DNA of 55,287 nucleotides, the filler included, from Circinaria calcarea (lineage: Eukaryota): NCBI GenBank assembly GCA_051942165.1. It is 4 parts of 4 records of this genome, joined end to end, with 100 filler letters (N's around TTAATTAATTAA, not from the genome) between each part and the next. Parts side by side here need not be neighbours in the genome. Positions count along the whole stretch, not along the records: positions 1 to 13,766 come from JAVECS010000474.1; 3 more parts are not named here. The stretch is one strand, 5' to 3'. The notes below the pieces were generated by a model. The model made no database searches, had not been told where the DNA came from, and saw nothing but the letters and a program-made list of their open reading frames with translations. Position numbers and translations under genes: made by a program. This document shows, piece after piece, positions 1 to 11,445 of the stretch (position 1 is the first letter of the stretch; each line of letters opens with the position of its first letter).

Positions 1-816
1 CCTCAAGCCCCCCGTGCCCTATCCACCATCTCCCCTTCTCCCAATCGCGGATCTAAAATAATCCTCATCGGCCAGAGGGTTATTCATTCTCCAACACCCG
101 AACCCGAAAGGCTCCCACCGTTACTGTTAGTCAAGAAACAAACCAATACCCCTCACGTAGTTCCGAAAGAGTGTACTCCCGTACAACTTTTCTGTCTTCC
201 CTCCACCTTACTCTTACTGACTCATGTGCATCTTCCTCCGTCTTACTCTGGGATGATCTGGGCTACGGAGTACGGAGGAAAACATTTCCCGAACCCTTAC
301 GGAGTACCATAAGAATTGGGGCGGATATCCACGGATAGCAAAAGCACCGAAAATGCCGAAGGATCCGCCCGCATCCACGCGCCGTTTAGAGACAGTAATT
401 CGTAGGTATGAGATAATGGATTCTGGCGTGGATTCGGAGAGGGCCCTGGATATATGAATGCCATGCACCCCCGGACTTTTAGCTAAACTGTATACTAAGT
501 ACCGAATACTGATCTATGCGCATACTTCTGAAAGAGGTCGAACACTATGTATAGTCTAAGAGTCCATGACGATCGCGGTTTTTTGGATGCAACAGGTTGC
601 GAATCAGAGCAAGCACCGTTCAAGCCACCATCTTTGTACAAAAACACCCTTGGTAGGAGAAGAAGACCACTTCTTGCCAACCCTCTAAACTCCGAAATAA
701 TGCCCCAACGTTAAGGAACATACGGTCAACAGCGCCATGCATGCACTTCTTCAATCGCCATGTCAATGTCGTTCCTCGTCTGTGGATCCTCACAATCAGT
801 AACCCCCACTGCATAC

Positions 817-2313
817 CTACGACTGACTGGCAGGAGGTGACAGCTTCTGCGGTGGAATGCCAAGGCCATTCCGATTACGGTAGAAGAAGACACTCTTGCC
901 TTCACCCTGAACACCCTCGGATGGCTCAACCCACTGACACCATCGAGCGCTTCTCCAGATACTCTTCAAGAACCCAATAGACCCACCTTCCACATCGGAG
1001 CGGTAATGTTCTCCCAAAACAGGCTTGATGGCCTCGGTGGCTTCGTCAGCATTGTAAAAAGGGATGGTGGAGACAAAGTGGTGGAGGACGTGGGTCTCGA
1101 TGATTCCGTGAAGAAGAGAGCGGCCGATGAAACCAAACTCGCGATCGATTGTTGCCGCGGCTCCGCGAGCAAAGTTCCAAGTTTCAGGACCATAGTGAGG
1201 TAGAGATGGGTCTGTATGTTGAAGGAAGGTGATGGCCACTGTGTCCTGAGGTTAGTCATAGGTCATTGCCGGAAGTAACAACATGCACTTACCAAGCCAG
1301 TGGTTCACCCAAAGATACGGGAGAACATACCAAACCGCCAAGTTCGCCATTCCATAGGTCTTACCGATGAAGAGCAGAACACTCAACGTGATGGCCAAAC
1401 CGAGGTCGCTGAGAAGAATCAACTTTTCATCCTTGGCCTCGTACAACGGACTCGAGGGGTTAAAGTGATTTACACCACCGAACAAGCCATTCTTCTTGCC
1501 CTTACCACGACCTTCTACCTGTTTCTCGTGATGGTTATGGCCAGTCGTATTGAGGGTGATGTACAACAACCAGCCCACAAGCTGTTGCCCAATGAGGGTA
1601 CCGGCTGTCACGATTGGGGTCTCCTCCATCAATTCTGAAAGCTCATGAACATAGCGGCCAACTCTGGAGGCATACACTTCGCGAGTTTTGGGAACAAAGA
1701 CCATGTCACGCTCCATATGGCCAGTAGCCTTGTGATGCTTGCCGTGGGAGATCTTCCACGAAAAGTAAGGAACCAACAGAGCCGAATGACAGATCCACCC
1801 GACAGTGTCGTTCAAAGTCTTGGATGGCGAAAATGACTGGTGACCACATTCATGGGCCAAGACCCATAACCCGGTGCCAAACAGTCCTTGCACAAAGGTA
1901 TACACCGCCCACAGAACAGCACGGGTGGGTGTTGATGGAATATACTCCGGAGTGACATAATTGTGGAAAAGGTAAAAGGTGGCAGCCAGAGAAGCGACAT
2001 CTCTCGCAACGTACGCGAGACCACGGGCACCAGACCTCTCGAAGCAGTGTGCCGGTATTGCGTCTCGGATTTGTTTAATGGTGACGTCGGGAAGGACGAA
2101 TTCATTTCCGTACGTATTCATCAGCTTCCCGTTGACGGACTTCAAGTCCAGTGCATCGGTGGAGTCGAGTGACGATAGAGAGGTGGACGATGGTGATTGC
2201 TTTGGGGTGTCGAAAGGCGAGTTCGAGACGGAGTTAGCAGACGACGAGGCCACAGGCTCAGCGGAGCTGGGTGTTTGCAGGGCCATTCTGCGAGTGGCTA
2301 CCGATGGTGACAT
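817..2313 (-). CDS. FAD2: Delta-12 (omega-6) fatty acid desaturase; exons 2313-1293 and 1238-817
   Basis: Three His boxes (HECGH, HGKHH, HVLHH) plus IPAHCFERS and ITFLQHTDP motifs. The GTAAG...GACTAAC...CAG intron at 1239-1292 restores HWL-V-AITFLQH. Confidence 0.96.
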
Positions 2314-3827
2314 CTCGCGGCGATACTGAAACTATGCAACAAAGAAATAGCGGTAGGAAATTGCTGGCTGATTGGGTACTATGGAGTCACAATAACAGTT
2401 GCTCTCAACAAGATTGCTCTATACGCAGACAATGTCAGCAACGAAAGCTCCACGACTCGTTTGTTGACTCTGGAGGGTCAATTGCAGGGCGTGGAGGAGT
2501 TGTAGGGAAAAGTAAAGGTGAGAAGCTGAAGGATTTTGTGGAGTTCAGCCAGGCCGGATGATTTGGCGTCTCGCTAGGCGCATCGACCCACTCCGGCGTG
2601 AGATCCACCCACACTAGTTTTGGCCGAGCCCCAGCCCTGAGTTCATTCGACGAGTCTTCGAGATCTCTATCCCCAAAATTCACGTTGTCCTATCATTCGT
2701 TGATACCGCTTTCTCATGCATTGCGATCCATGGATTTAGGGCAAAAAGTCTTCACCGTCTCGTGGCAATAGATCTGAATCCCGATTGGCCCTCACCGGCT
2801 CCCTCATATCTGCCATGCATCATCCTACCTCGCCGTAAAAGGGGGGAGCGGGGGGCATTCTTCATTATGCATATTTGGGCCAGTGACCCTCTACTGGGGC
2901 CTTGGAACTCGGCCACCTATGATCGATTGCATGTGGTTTAACCGGTCTTGGTCAGTCTGCCTCTTTGGACGGCCCTGGAATGATTCTCTTCCTCAGCCAC
3001 TGGCATGTGCTCGGTGGCACTGCTACCTTTTTTTTGTTGGGGCCGAGGGATCAAATGCGTTGAGATGTTTGGTACCATTGAGCTTAGCGCGATCTTCCGA
3101 TTATGCCGCTAAGATAACTTAAAATGCTTGGCCCCTGCTTCGGTGGACCCTTTACCCCTCAGTCCCTGCATAGCAGGATTTTTTTCTCTCTGATAATTAA
3201 TGGTGATGCCACTTCTGCATCCTTCAGCCACCCACAGCAAGGACTCGGGCAATTTTGCTCGGTTGTACTGCCAGACATCCGCTTATTTAATGGCGCTTTG
3301 TAGACATGGCGATACGATATAATAATCGAGCTGTTTTGTTGGAATACTGTCACAGTCTCGAGAGTGGCCGGCCAGCTCTATCATAATCTTCAGACTACAC
3401 AGCCCGACCTCCTTTATGCAGCCGTTCATCTTCTACACGTCTAGCTTGTTTCTATCCATGGTTTATATCTACACGAACCGCTCCTAATCATAGCAGACAG
3501 TTTCCCAATGTGAAAGACACCCCTCTATTTGCTTTTAATCTTGTACCTAGCCTACTCAATTTACAAAAGATTTTCATTTCATATCTTGCTTTTTAAAAGA
3601 TTATTCATTATATAGTACTATAGTATCTGCGTTTATCCTATTCCAAAGATCAATACTCCAAGTCTCACAATACCACCCTTTTTTGGTATTATCTCTCCTT
3701 TCCTTTGCTCCTCTTCGCTGTCCTGGAACTACTCACCACTCACTGCTCTATTCACCCCAGGTCATCACTCCCACTTTGCTTTCGCCTTTCTTAGCTCGCT
3801 TTCCCCTCAATAGTCTTCCACTAGCTC

Positions 3828-4082
3828 CTAGGCATTCCGCCGGCGATGGCCCCCTGCGAAGTTGTTGATGGCGTCGGAGATTTTGATGGTTGTAGCGTGA
3901 AAGAGGCTGGCGAGGATGACGGCGAGGATTGCTGCGACGCTGACATCGCACAATGGGATGTGCATGATGGTGGCGAAGTCTTTGAGGAGAAGCGCGGCGA
4001 GGTCCCCTGCGACGAACATGACGAATTCGATCGCAAAGATGGTGCAGACGAAGACGATGGTGATAAGGATGATGGCGTCCAT
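3828..4082 (-). CDS. Small 84-aa hydrophobic protein with two predicted TM helices, function unknown
   Basis: MDAIILITIVFVCTIFAIEFVMFV...VSVAAILAVILASLF...GGHRRRNA. Strong ACAATGG start context and TATAAA at 4228-4233 on the minus strand. Confidence 0.5.
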   Translation of the reverse strand: MDAIILITIVFVCTIFAIEFVMFVAGDLAALLLKDFATIMHIPLCDVSVAAILAVILASLFHATTIKISDAINNFAGGHRRRNA

Positions 4083-5180
4083 TGTGATCGTTGGGAGACT
4101 GTTCCGTGGGTTCGTGATGGTGATGATTTGGGGGTTATTTTTCCGTGGATCTGGCTCTGGAGTGTAGGTGTGAATATGGATGGAGGACACGATGAGTAAA
4201 GATTTTAAGTCACGAAGGATAGAGGCATTTATACTCGAGAACATGAATCTGTAAAGCTTCGTGCGCCGGACAAAGTCTTTGTGATTACAATGGCTGTCCT
4301 GTTCCTTACAACCGATTCTTTCATTGCAGCCATCATGGCCCACGAAGAATAAAGGAACAACGGCAGTTGAGAGATGACTGCCAAGAAGGGGTAAAGGATC
4401 TTGAGGAAGTACCCGAAATAGGAATAGGGCACCGGGATCGTACCCGGGGGATTGCAATGTCCTAGACAATGCCATTATACTAGATAGCAACAAGAGCTGC
4501 GCCCAACAAAGAATGCCACACCTACCGTCTTTATCCATTGTGTCGTGCCGCCTTTGTCATCCACTTGTGCGGCAGTCATCGGCAAATTGTCAGGGAAGGA
4601 GTGGAATTAGTAATGATGCCAACTAGCATAGCCTTTGCAGCACGCGGTGCCGCCTTCTCTTTGCACTAGCCCAGTCGATACAGTCTCTGGCTTTCTCGAG
4701 ACATAGTAGTGTTCCCCCTGACCGCAGCATTCAAATTAATTCTTCATCGTTGACCGTCAAAGTGAGGCCACTTAGCTTGTGAGTTCTGAGCTTAAGGTGG
4801 GAGATAACTCAGCAAGGCTTATGTCCATAAATGGTGTAGAGTATTGAGCGCTGGGGTTAACTTGTAAGAGACTATCTACAGTTGTGGAAAGATCGTAAAA
4901 ATAAGAGTCTAAACGCGAATCTTGATGTAAAGAAGTCCGCGGATAAGACAGCGGCTATTTAATTAGGGGTAGAATATGCGCCAGCGTCTAGTTGTACAGG
5001 GCCGACTTCATAACACAATCGAATTCTTTGTCTCTTGGTTGTTGACAGTCATACACCAACGTATCCAATCGCTCATAGTCTAGGTCTCCTCTCTAAGAAT
5101 TGACACTTTGCACTCGACAAACACCGTTTTCTCCTTCCCTACATGCCAGACTACCTTCCTTAAATTCCCCTTTCTGGTGG

Positions 5181-6011
5181 TCAGGTAAAAAACGGACGAA
5201 CTCCATACATGGGTCTTCGTGGGGTGAGGTACGCTGGACCACTCTTCATATCCAACAGCATCATGATCTCCGGGCTGCACTTTGCGCTCAAGGCCCAGTC
5301 GATTGGTGTCCGCCCTTTTGTATCCTTGAGCTTTGGATACGCCCCCCTCTCCATCAAAAAGTCAATCACGCCGGCCTGATCTTCTTTGAACTCCTCGGGA
5401 TCTAACTCGTCCATCCATTCTGGCCCTGTCCATGTCACATTCGTTGCCGCGTGCAATGGCCCTCCCAAACCTTTCCCGACGTCTTCAATGCTTGAGTATT
5501 GATCGAACACAATTCCGTTGACTTCTGCGCCATGGTCCACCAAACATCTTACCATCTCTAAATTTCCACGTGCTGCTGCCTCAATTAGAGCGGTTGAGCC
5601 TTTGACCTGTGCTCCGCGGCGGATAAGTAAGGCGGCCATATCAGGGGAGGCATACTTCGCTGCAACAGCTAAAGGTGTGTCGGGCCCAGCACGGTTGTTT
5701 GGGTCGGCACCGTGTTTGATGAGCCATCTTACTGAAGATAGCTTCTTGGATTTGATGGCGAGGATGAGGATGTTGTCCGAAGAGCCGAGGGACTTATTGA
5801 GGTCAAACCCGTTTTTGAGGAGAATCTTGAAGCATTCGACAGGAGTGGAAGATGCAACAGAGTCCAAGGCCATCACGGCATCGAGGTGCTCTATCTTCTT
5901 TTCCTCCAGCCCTTCATTGTTTACCCCTGTGTAACTCAGTTCTGGCGTTGATGGCGCAGCAGAAGGAGAAGAAGCATCGTCCCAAAGATGGCGAATGTTT
6001 TGCCACTCCAT
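5181..6011 (-). CDS. Ankyrin-repeat protein
   Basis: Tandem ankyrin consensus units: TPLAVAA, TALIEAAARGNLEMVRCLVDHGAEVN, GPLHAA, GRTPIDWA. First plausible ATG is at 6011. Confidence 0.88.
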   Translation of the reverse strand: MEWQNIRHLWDDASSPSAAPSTPELSYTGVNNEGLEEKKIEHLDAVMALDSVASSTPVECFKILLKNGFDLNKSLGSSDNILILAIKSKKLSSVRWLIKHGADPNNRAGPDTPLAVAAKYASPDMAALLIRRGAQVKGSTALIEAAARGNLEMVRCLVDHGAEVNGIVFDQYSSIEDVGKGLGGPLHAATNVTWTGPEWMDELDPEEFKEDQAGVIDFLMERGAYPKLKDTKGRTPIDWALSAKCSPEIMMLLDMKSGPAYLTPRRPMYGVRPFFT

Positions 6012-8143
6012 TACAATAAAATTATTGTGATGCGATTGAATGCTGCTGTGTCTATGCTGCTGTGATGGCAAGCGACGGCTATGATCTATGATTGACGGTG
6101 CAGTATCAGGATAGGCTCATAAGGGAGAGGATGGCGTGAATACCTGTGAATTAATTGCTTTTTCAGGCTCACGCATTCCTCCCATGCAGGTCGTTGATTC
6201 AAGTTGTGATTTTACTCTCAACGAGGAAGAGACGCATTGTGTTGATAACGGAAATAGCACCAAGAGAAAATCCAACACCACGCGCAGCAAGTATCAACAC
6301 GATCACGACATTGACATAACACGATCTGAGGTTTTTCTTGTTGGCCGTAAATACCCTTGTCAGTGCATTACGGAACTACTGGACTCTACAAGATCTTTGT
6401 AGGGTATTCAACTAGCAATTCTATGACCATTATTTGGAAGAGATTACACTATGTTGTGGTCGTCTTTTCTGTTAATCCAGCTGCAATACGATTGTTTTTA
6501 TTCGGTTATATTAGCCAAGATGCACCTCGAGAATTCCCTCGAGCATGACTCTGGTTTACAGCCACCAAATCTCAATTTTCCTCGCTTAGAATGTTTGGGT
6601 AACTTACCTTGACCATGGATAATTGCTAGTACCACTTCTATGCAATCCAGCTAGCGCCGCCTCTCACACAAAGCGGGTCAGTCATTGAGTCTCAAGCCCT
6701 AGACAGGTGAACCCTCGATGGCCATGGCTTTAATACGAGCTTTCAACCCTAAGTTCTGGTCTCCCGCTTCCCCTTTTAACCTCCTCATTCTTCGACCGCC
6801 TCCTTCCAGCCGGAAGGCTCTACTATCTAGTAGCTCGAATTGGCCTTCTCCGGAAATCAATAATCAGACCGCCGCATGCTAAGTCGACATGAGAATATCC
6901 AAGAGCCTAATTACGGTGAAAATCCAAGAGCTACACCGGAAGCTTCGAGCACGCAAACGGAGCATCTTAAAGATAGCGGCCGCTCTAAGAAGCGACATGT
7001 CATGGCCTAAGATAAGGACTGTTTTGGATAGAGCTGAAATACTGATGCTAGTCTCTAGAGCGACACGCTGCAACCCCCTATCTTTACTAAGCTCCACACT
7101 CCTTTATCAACAATAATGGTACAACGCGGGAACGAGTCCGTAGTAGGAACCTCCTCCTGTGCCCAGAGAAGGCTCCCGCTCCGTGCACCTAGCATAAAAT
7201 ATTTTCGGTTAGTCAATGCCTTTGGCGACCCTGCCATACACAAGCGCCGTCAGTGTTCTACAGTCTGACGGGACTAGACGGTATATCTGAAATAATGATT
7301 GACAATATGGACTAAATATCCGTAGTCTTTGAACGGACCCAATGGTACTTCGCATCAGACTGTCAGATTTTCTGGGTACTCTATAGCTGTTATTCAGACT
7401 TGTGAGATCAATGTACAGCCGGTATGCTTGGACGAGATTGCTCATGCCAATGGAGTGGCTAGACTGCACTGCTAATCTGATGGGAGTGCAACTGTATACG
7501 GGCAGGGCAAGGTATCTACTGGCGTGTATCCCAACTCGCCGGTTCAAGTTTTCCGAGGTGGAGGAGATAAGGTAGCAATCGCTTCTGAAAGAAATAAGAC
7601 CGGTTCATGCATCAATACAAGGACGACTATTCGAACAGGCCAGACAGGCTTCAGTCGCAAGAGACTCGTTTGCCGTCCATCTATGTCTTGCTCTAGTTCT
7701 AGTATCAATACTCCGCCCTACAGGAGCGGCTTTCAAGTCGAGATTTTCTGGCATGGCGCATGGAACTTAGGCCGGAATCTGGCTTTGCTGGACCCATACC
7801 TCCTCAAAGAAGACATGCGTAAAGCTAGATGGCATTTCTCACAACTAACTCTCATTACATCTCAAATGCCAAACTCAAAATAGTATAAGGTACGTAGCCT
7901 TCGATATAGTATCCTTGATGCTTAGACGACTGCTATGTAACATGTTGTACATACTAAACTTTCTTTTATTCTATAGAGGCCGTTTCGGGTATCGTTCCTT
8001 CCTTTGAACAAAAAGCCAGTGCAGCCTTCGAGCCTTTCGCTTTGTTCTCTGCTAGACCAACACATGTAATATTATTCAGACCTCAACTTCCGATAACTTG
8101 TACCACGATTGACAATTCTCTAATCTATCACTGTGCTACAAGT

Positions 8144-9328
8144 ATGTCGGCCCGAACGTTTCCTGGCAATTTCAGTTTGGAGGAGCTGAAGGAGAATGGT
8201 TTCATGGAAGCGTCTCATGTAGCATGGAACGGTTTAACCTACCCCATTTATCAAATCTTCACCTTCTGGATAGGACTCGATGAGGAAATTGCCGAAGTTA
8301 TGACACCAATTTTGCACTTGGCGTCTGCCCTTCTTGATAGCTCTGCAAGCATAAGCTTCTTACATGCCATAATGTACGGACCACGTAAAAGAACGGAGCA
8401 GCGTGTCTCTACGCTAGGGGACCTCCTTGAACTCAATAAAGGCCCGCCTGTCACTGATCTTGTGCGCCATCAGGTTGCATTAGGACTGCGAGACCTGCAT
8501 CTCCAAGTTACTTGGGAATTCATCGACCCGGAAGAGGAAGAGTATTTCAAAGAAGCACCAGCACGTACACGCGTCAATCTCGGGGATGAAGTACCGATTC
8601 GAGGGCCCTTGTCTGAGACGCGAGAGAGAGTTTTTTCGGAGATTCTAATATCCAGGAAGGTCTTCGAGCCAATCAGGAAAATCACCCTGGAAGAATTCGC
8701 TGAAACGCCCGAGATATTCAATCGGTTACTCCGGCTTCGTTTCTTCATGGCGGTTCTCTTGTGTCACGAACTCTGTCACGCAATCAGTAACGGAGTGGCG
8801 AAAGGAACCCATCAGATTGAACCCTACTACATGAACGACAACATCAACGAACTGGGTTGTGTCTGGGAGAATGAAGTATTTGGCGGCCGTATTGTGGTGG
8901 ACCCCATGTCGGAGGGGCACGATCCCATTCGGGTGGTCAAATGGCCGGCGGAACGCACGCCCGGGGCTGTGGTACCTCACGTCGTCGCTCGGAGAAAGCC
9001 CAAAGGATCCGGGACGTACTACTATGTGCCGATGGATTGGATCGCCAATATCCAGAAGCAAGAACGGTGGGATGAGGTTTGGAGTGAGGATCCGAATGAT
9101 GCTGTGCATTATCTCCCGTACCGGTACGATGACAATCTGCTTCGGATCCCCAAGCAGATAGGAGCCCGGATCGAGAACACGGGGGATAGCGATGAGGCGT
9201 GGAGGAAGTCGCAGTCCAGTGAGGGTGAATGGGATGAGGAGGGGGAGTATAGGCGAGTACTCAGGTTCAAAAGGGACCGAGGCACGCAATGGATTAGTGG
9301 AGGGGCGACTCCGGTTGAAATACATTAG
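8144..9328 (+). CDS. Uncharacterised HExxH (zincin-like) protein, paralogue A
   Basis: Open frame of ~394 aa from ATG 8144. Contains AVLLCHELCHAI (8765-8779) followed by EPY...NELGCVWENEVFGG. Confidence 0.75.
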   Translation: MSARTFPGNFSLEELKENGFMEASHVAWNGLTYPIYQIFTFWIGLDEEIAEVMTPILHLASALLDSSASISFLHAIMYGPRKRTEQRVSTLGDLLELNKGPPVTDLVRHQVALGLRDLHLQVTWEFIDPEEEEYFKEAPARTRVNLGDEVPIRGPLSETRERVFSEILISRKVFEPIRKITLEEFAETPEIFNRLLRLRFFMAVLLCHELCHAISNGVAKGTHQIEPYYMNDNINELGCVWENEVFGGRIVVDPMSEGHDPIRVVKWPAERTPGAVVPHVVARRKPKGSGTYYYVPMDWIANIQKQERWDEVWSEDPNDAVHYLPYRYDDNLLRIPKQIGARIENTGDSDEAWRKSQSSEGEWDEEGEYRRVLRFKRDRGTQWISGGATPVEIH

Positions 9329-9640
9329 GGCTAGGTATTGGATTTTCTGTTGTAACGCACTGGGTCATTTCTACAGTAGTCCCTGATTATGAAGATGGAA
9401 GTAATTAGTTATGATGGACCGCCCAATGGCCGCTAGATTGCAAGCTCAATAATTTGCCCGTTCTCTTTGTTATCATACCTTAGCGCGTTGCTCAAATCAA
9501 TCCTTTCTGCAAGCAGGACTCATCTTCCCACTCTACCTGTGGTCGCCAGATCCTTATAGCTACCCTTCTACCATCCAAATCTCACGCTTCCTTCCGACCA
9601 AAAGCTCCCCTCAAAGAGGCCCAGTGTATGGAGAAATCAG

Positions 9641-10729
9641 TCAGGTAGAACTATGATCTCTCCGAAATTTTACTTCTCCAAAAACAACCCTTTTCCCCCC
9701 GCACCTCCTTCGCTCACTCACATTCCCGTGTAGAGATTCTCGTCTGTTTTGCCTCCGTTGATAGTTGCCCACTAAAACCTCCCTCCGCTCCCCCCGCCGC
9801 CTTTTTGTTGGTGACGTTGTCGGTGAGGGCGATGGCAGCAGTTCCTCATCTTCATCATAGCTCAAAGGTCCACAACGTATCGACACCGACAACACCGGTT
9901 GATATGGGATGCGTAACGACTTAGGCTCGCAGGCCCAAAATTTCTCGAAAAACAGGTCAGAAACCCATTGGTTTCTAATTGCCATGGCATTACTGTTCCA
10001 GGATTGTGACCGGGCTGCTAAGCCCAAGATCGTAGACAAATCTCCTTCAGTATAACAAATTGGCGATATCACGCCGCCGAACATCCTAAGCTCCCATGCT
10101 GATCCTACCTCGGTACATGTTATCCCTGGTGGTGACTGGTACGGTTCTCCTGACGGCATAAGCTTTCCCTTTCTCACACTGCGGAATTCCAAAATATGGG
10201 CAATTTCATGGCAAACAAGAACGGCGATGGTGAAAAGTGCGGCCGTTTTCCGGCAGCGTGTCGTGCCAGGATCTCGTACGGCTTTAACCAGGTTCGAGTC
10301 AAGCACGACCAGGTCGTGCGCCTTGGAGGGATCAAGGTACGTCATAGCATATTCTTCCGGCCTCGCGGACATATCGGGGTCTATATCAATGTCTGGGATA
10401 ACAGAGCGAATGATGTTTCTGATATCATCGGATTGCTTCGGTACGACATCCTCCTCTTCAACGTAATCTTGTTTGGTTGTCTTCCTCTCAATCACCATTG
10501 CAAATGTTTGCGGAAGGCCCAATAGCATCCTTGACGCCAGTAAGAATGCTGGCGAGAGCTCGTTATACAGAGTGGTAGATTTTGCAAACCGTACTCTTGA
10601 AACTGGGAATAGATTCTCGTTACCTAGGTCCGCCATGGTCGACAAGGAGTTTTCGTAATCGAAATCGCCAACCGAGAAATAGAGCGGGACATCAACTTGG
10701 CTTCGTGAAATAGGATAACTAACTGCCAT
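9641..10729 (-). CDS. Uncharacterised HExxH (zincin-like) protein, paralogue B
   Basis: Open frame of ~362 aa from ATG 10729. Contains AVLVCHEIAHIL (10196-10210) followed by EPY...EVGSAWELRMFGG, and a basic C-terminal tail (KRRRGERR). Confidence 0.75.
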   Translation of the reverse strand: MAVSYPISRSQVDVPLYFSVGDFDYENSLSTMADLGNENLFPVSRVRFAKSTTLYNELSPAFLLASRMLLGLPQTFAMVIERKTTKQDYVEEEDVVPKQSDDIRNIIRSVIPDIDIDPDMSARPEEYAMTYLDPSKAHDLVVLDSNLVKAVRDPGTTRCRKTAALFTIAVLVCHEIAHILEFRSVRKGKLMPSGEPYQSPPGITCTEVGSAWELRMFGGVISPICYTEGDLSTILGLAARSQSWNSNAMAIRNQWVSDLFFEKFWACEPKSLRIPYQPVLSVSIRCGPLSYDEDEELLPSPSPTTSPTKRRRGERREVLVGNYQRRQNRRESLHGNVSERRRCGGKRVVFGEVKFRRDHSST

Positions 10730-11237
10730 ATTCAACTCACTAGCAAAGGTCAGCGATGTATCTAGAATCTTGGACAAGCCAGCCCCTACCGATTTCCGAC
10801 CGTGATCTTGATAGGTACTAAGCGCTTCGTTAAGGGACTTCGACGAATAACTGCGCTATTCCTGGCTGTGGTGATCGTTGATAATTTGACAGGACTGAAA
10901 GAACCTTGGTGTAAGAAACGCGCCGCCTTCTCAAAATACCGTGGGTCGAGCTCGCTCCGGTTTGGTCCTTCCGTCCAATGCGTTCGGATCTCCGAAAAAG
11001 CACAGCATTACATTTCGCAGCCCAGTACGGTCATACCGCAATGACCAAACTGCTGTTGGAAAAGGGTGCGAAACTAGAAGCGGAAAACCACGATGGTTGG
11101 ACAGCATTGGATTATACAGAAGCGAATAAACGCATAGAGATGGCGATATTATTATAAGAAGCGTCCCGGAAAATCAAGCTGCATAATATCGATAATGAAG
11201 AAAAAAGTGGTTGTCGCGACGAAGTGGAGATAAATAA

Positions 11238-11444
11238 TGTAAGGGTCTCTACCAGAGGACCCCCACAAACCCTACGGGTGAACTATATACCGAGGTCACG
11301 AGGTATTGGCTTACCATAGCGAGGAAGGTTTTCTCGCGAAGCGTTACACCAGAATTCTCTATGCGAACCAATTGAGCACATTATCACACAATTTACCGAC
11401 CCTTATTCGTAAGATCGTTATACTATTCGTAAAGGATCCTTACA
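11238..11444. mobile_element. Solo-LTR-like element, 207 bp
   Basis: TG...CA termini with near-perfect terminal inverted repeats (TGTAAGGGTC / GATCCTTACA) and an internal TATATA. No target-site duplication is visible. Confidence 0.55.
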
Positions 11445-11445
11445 T

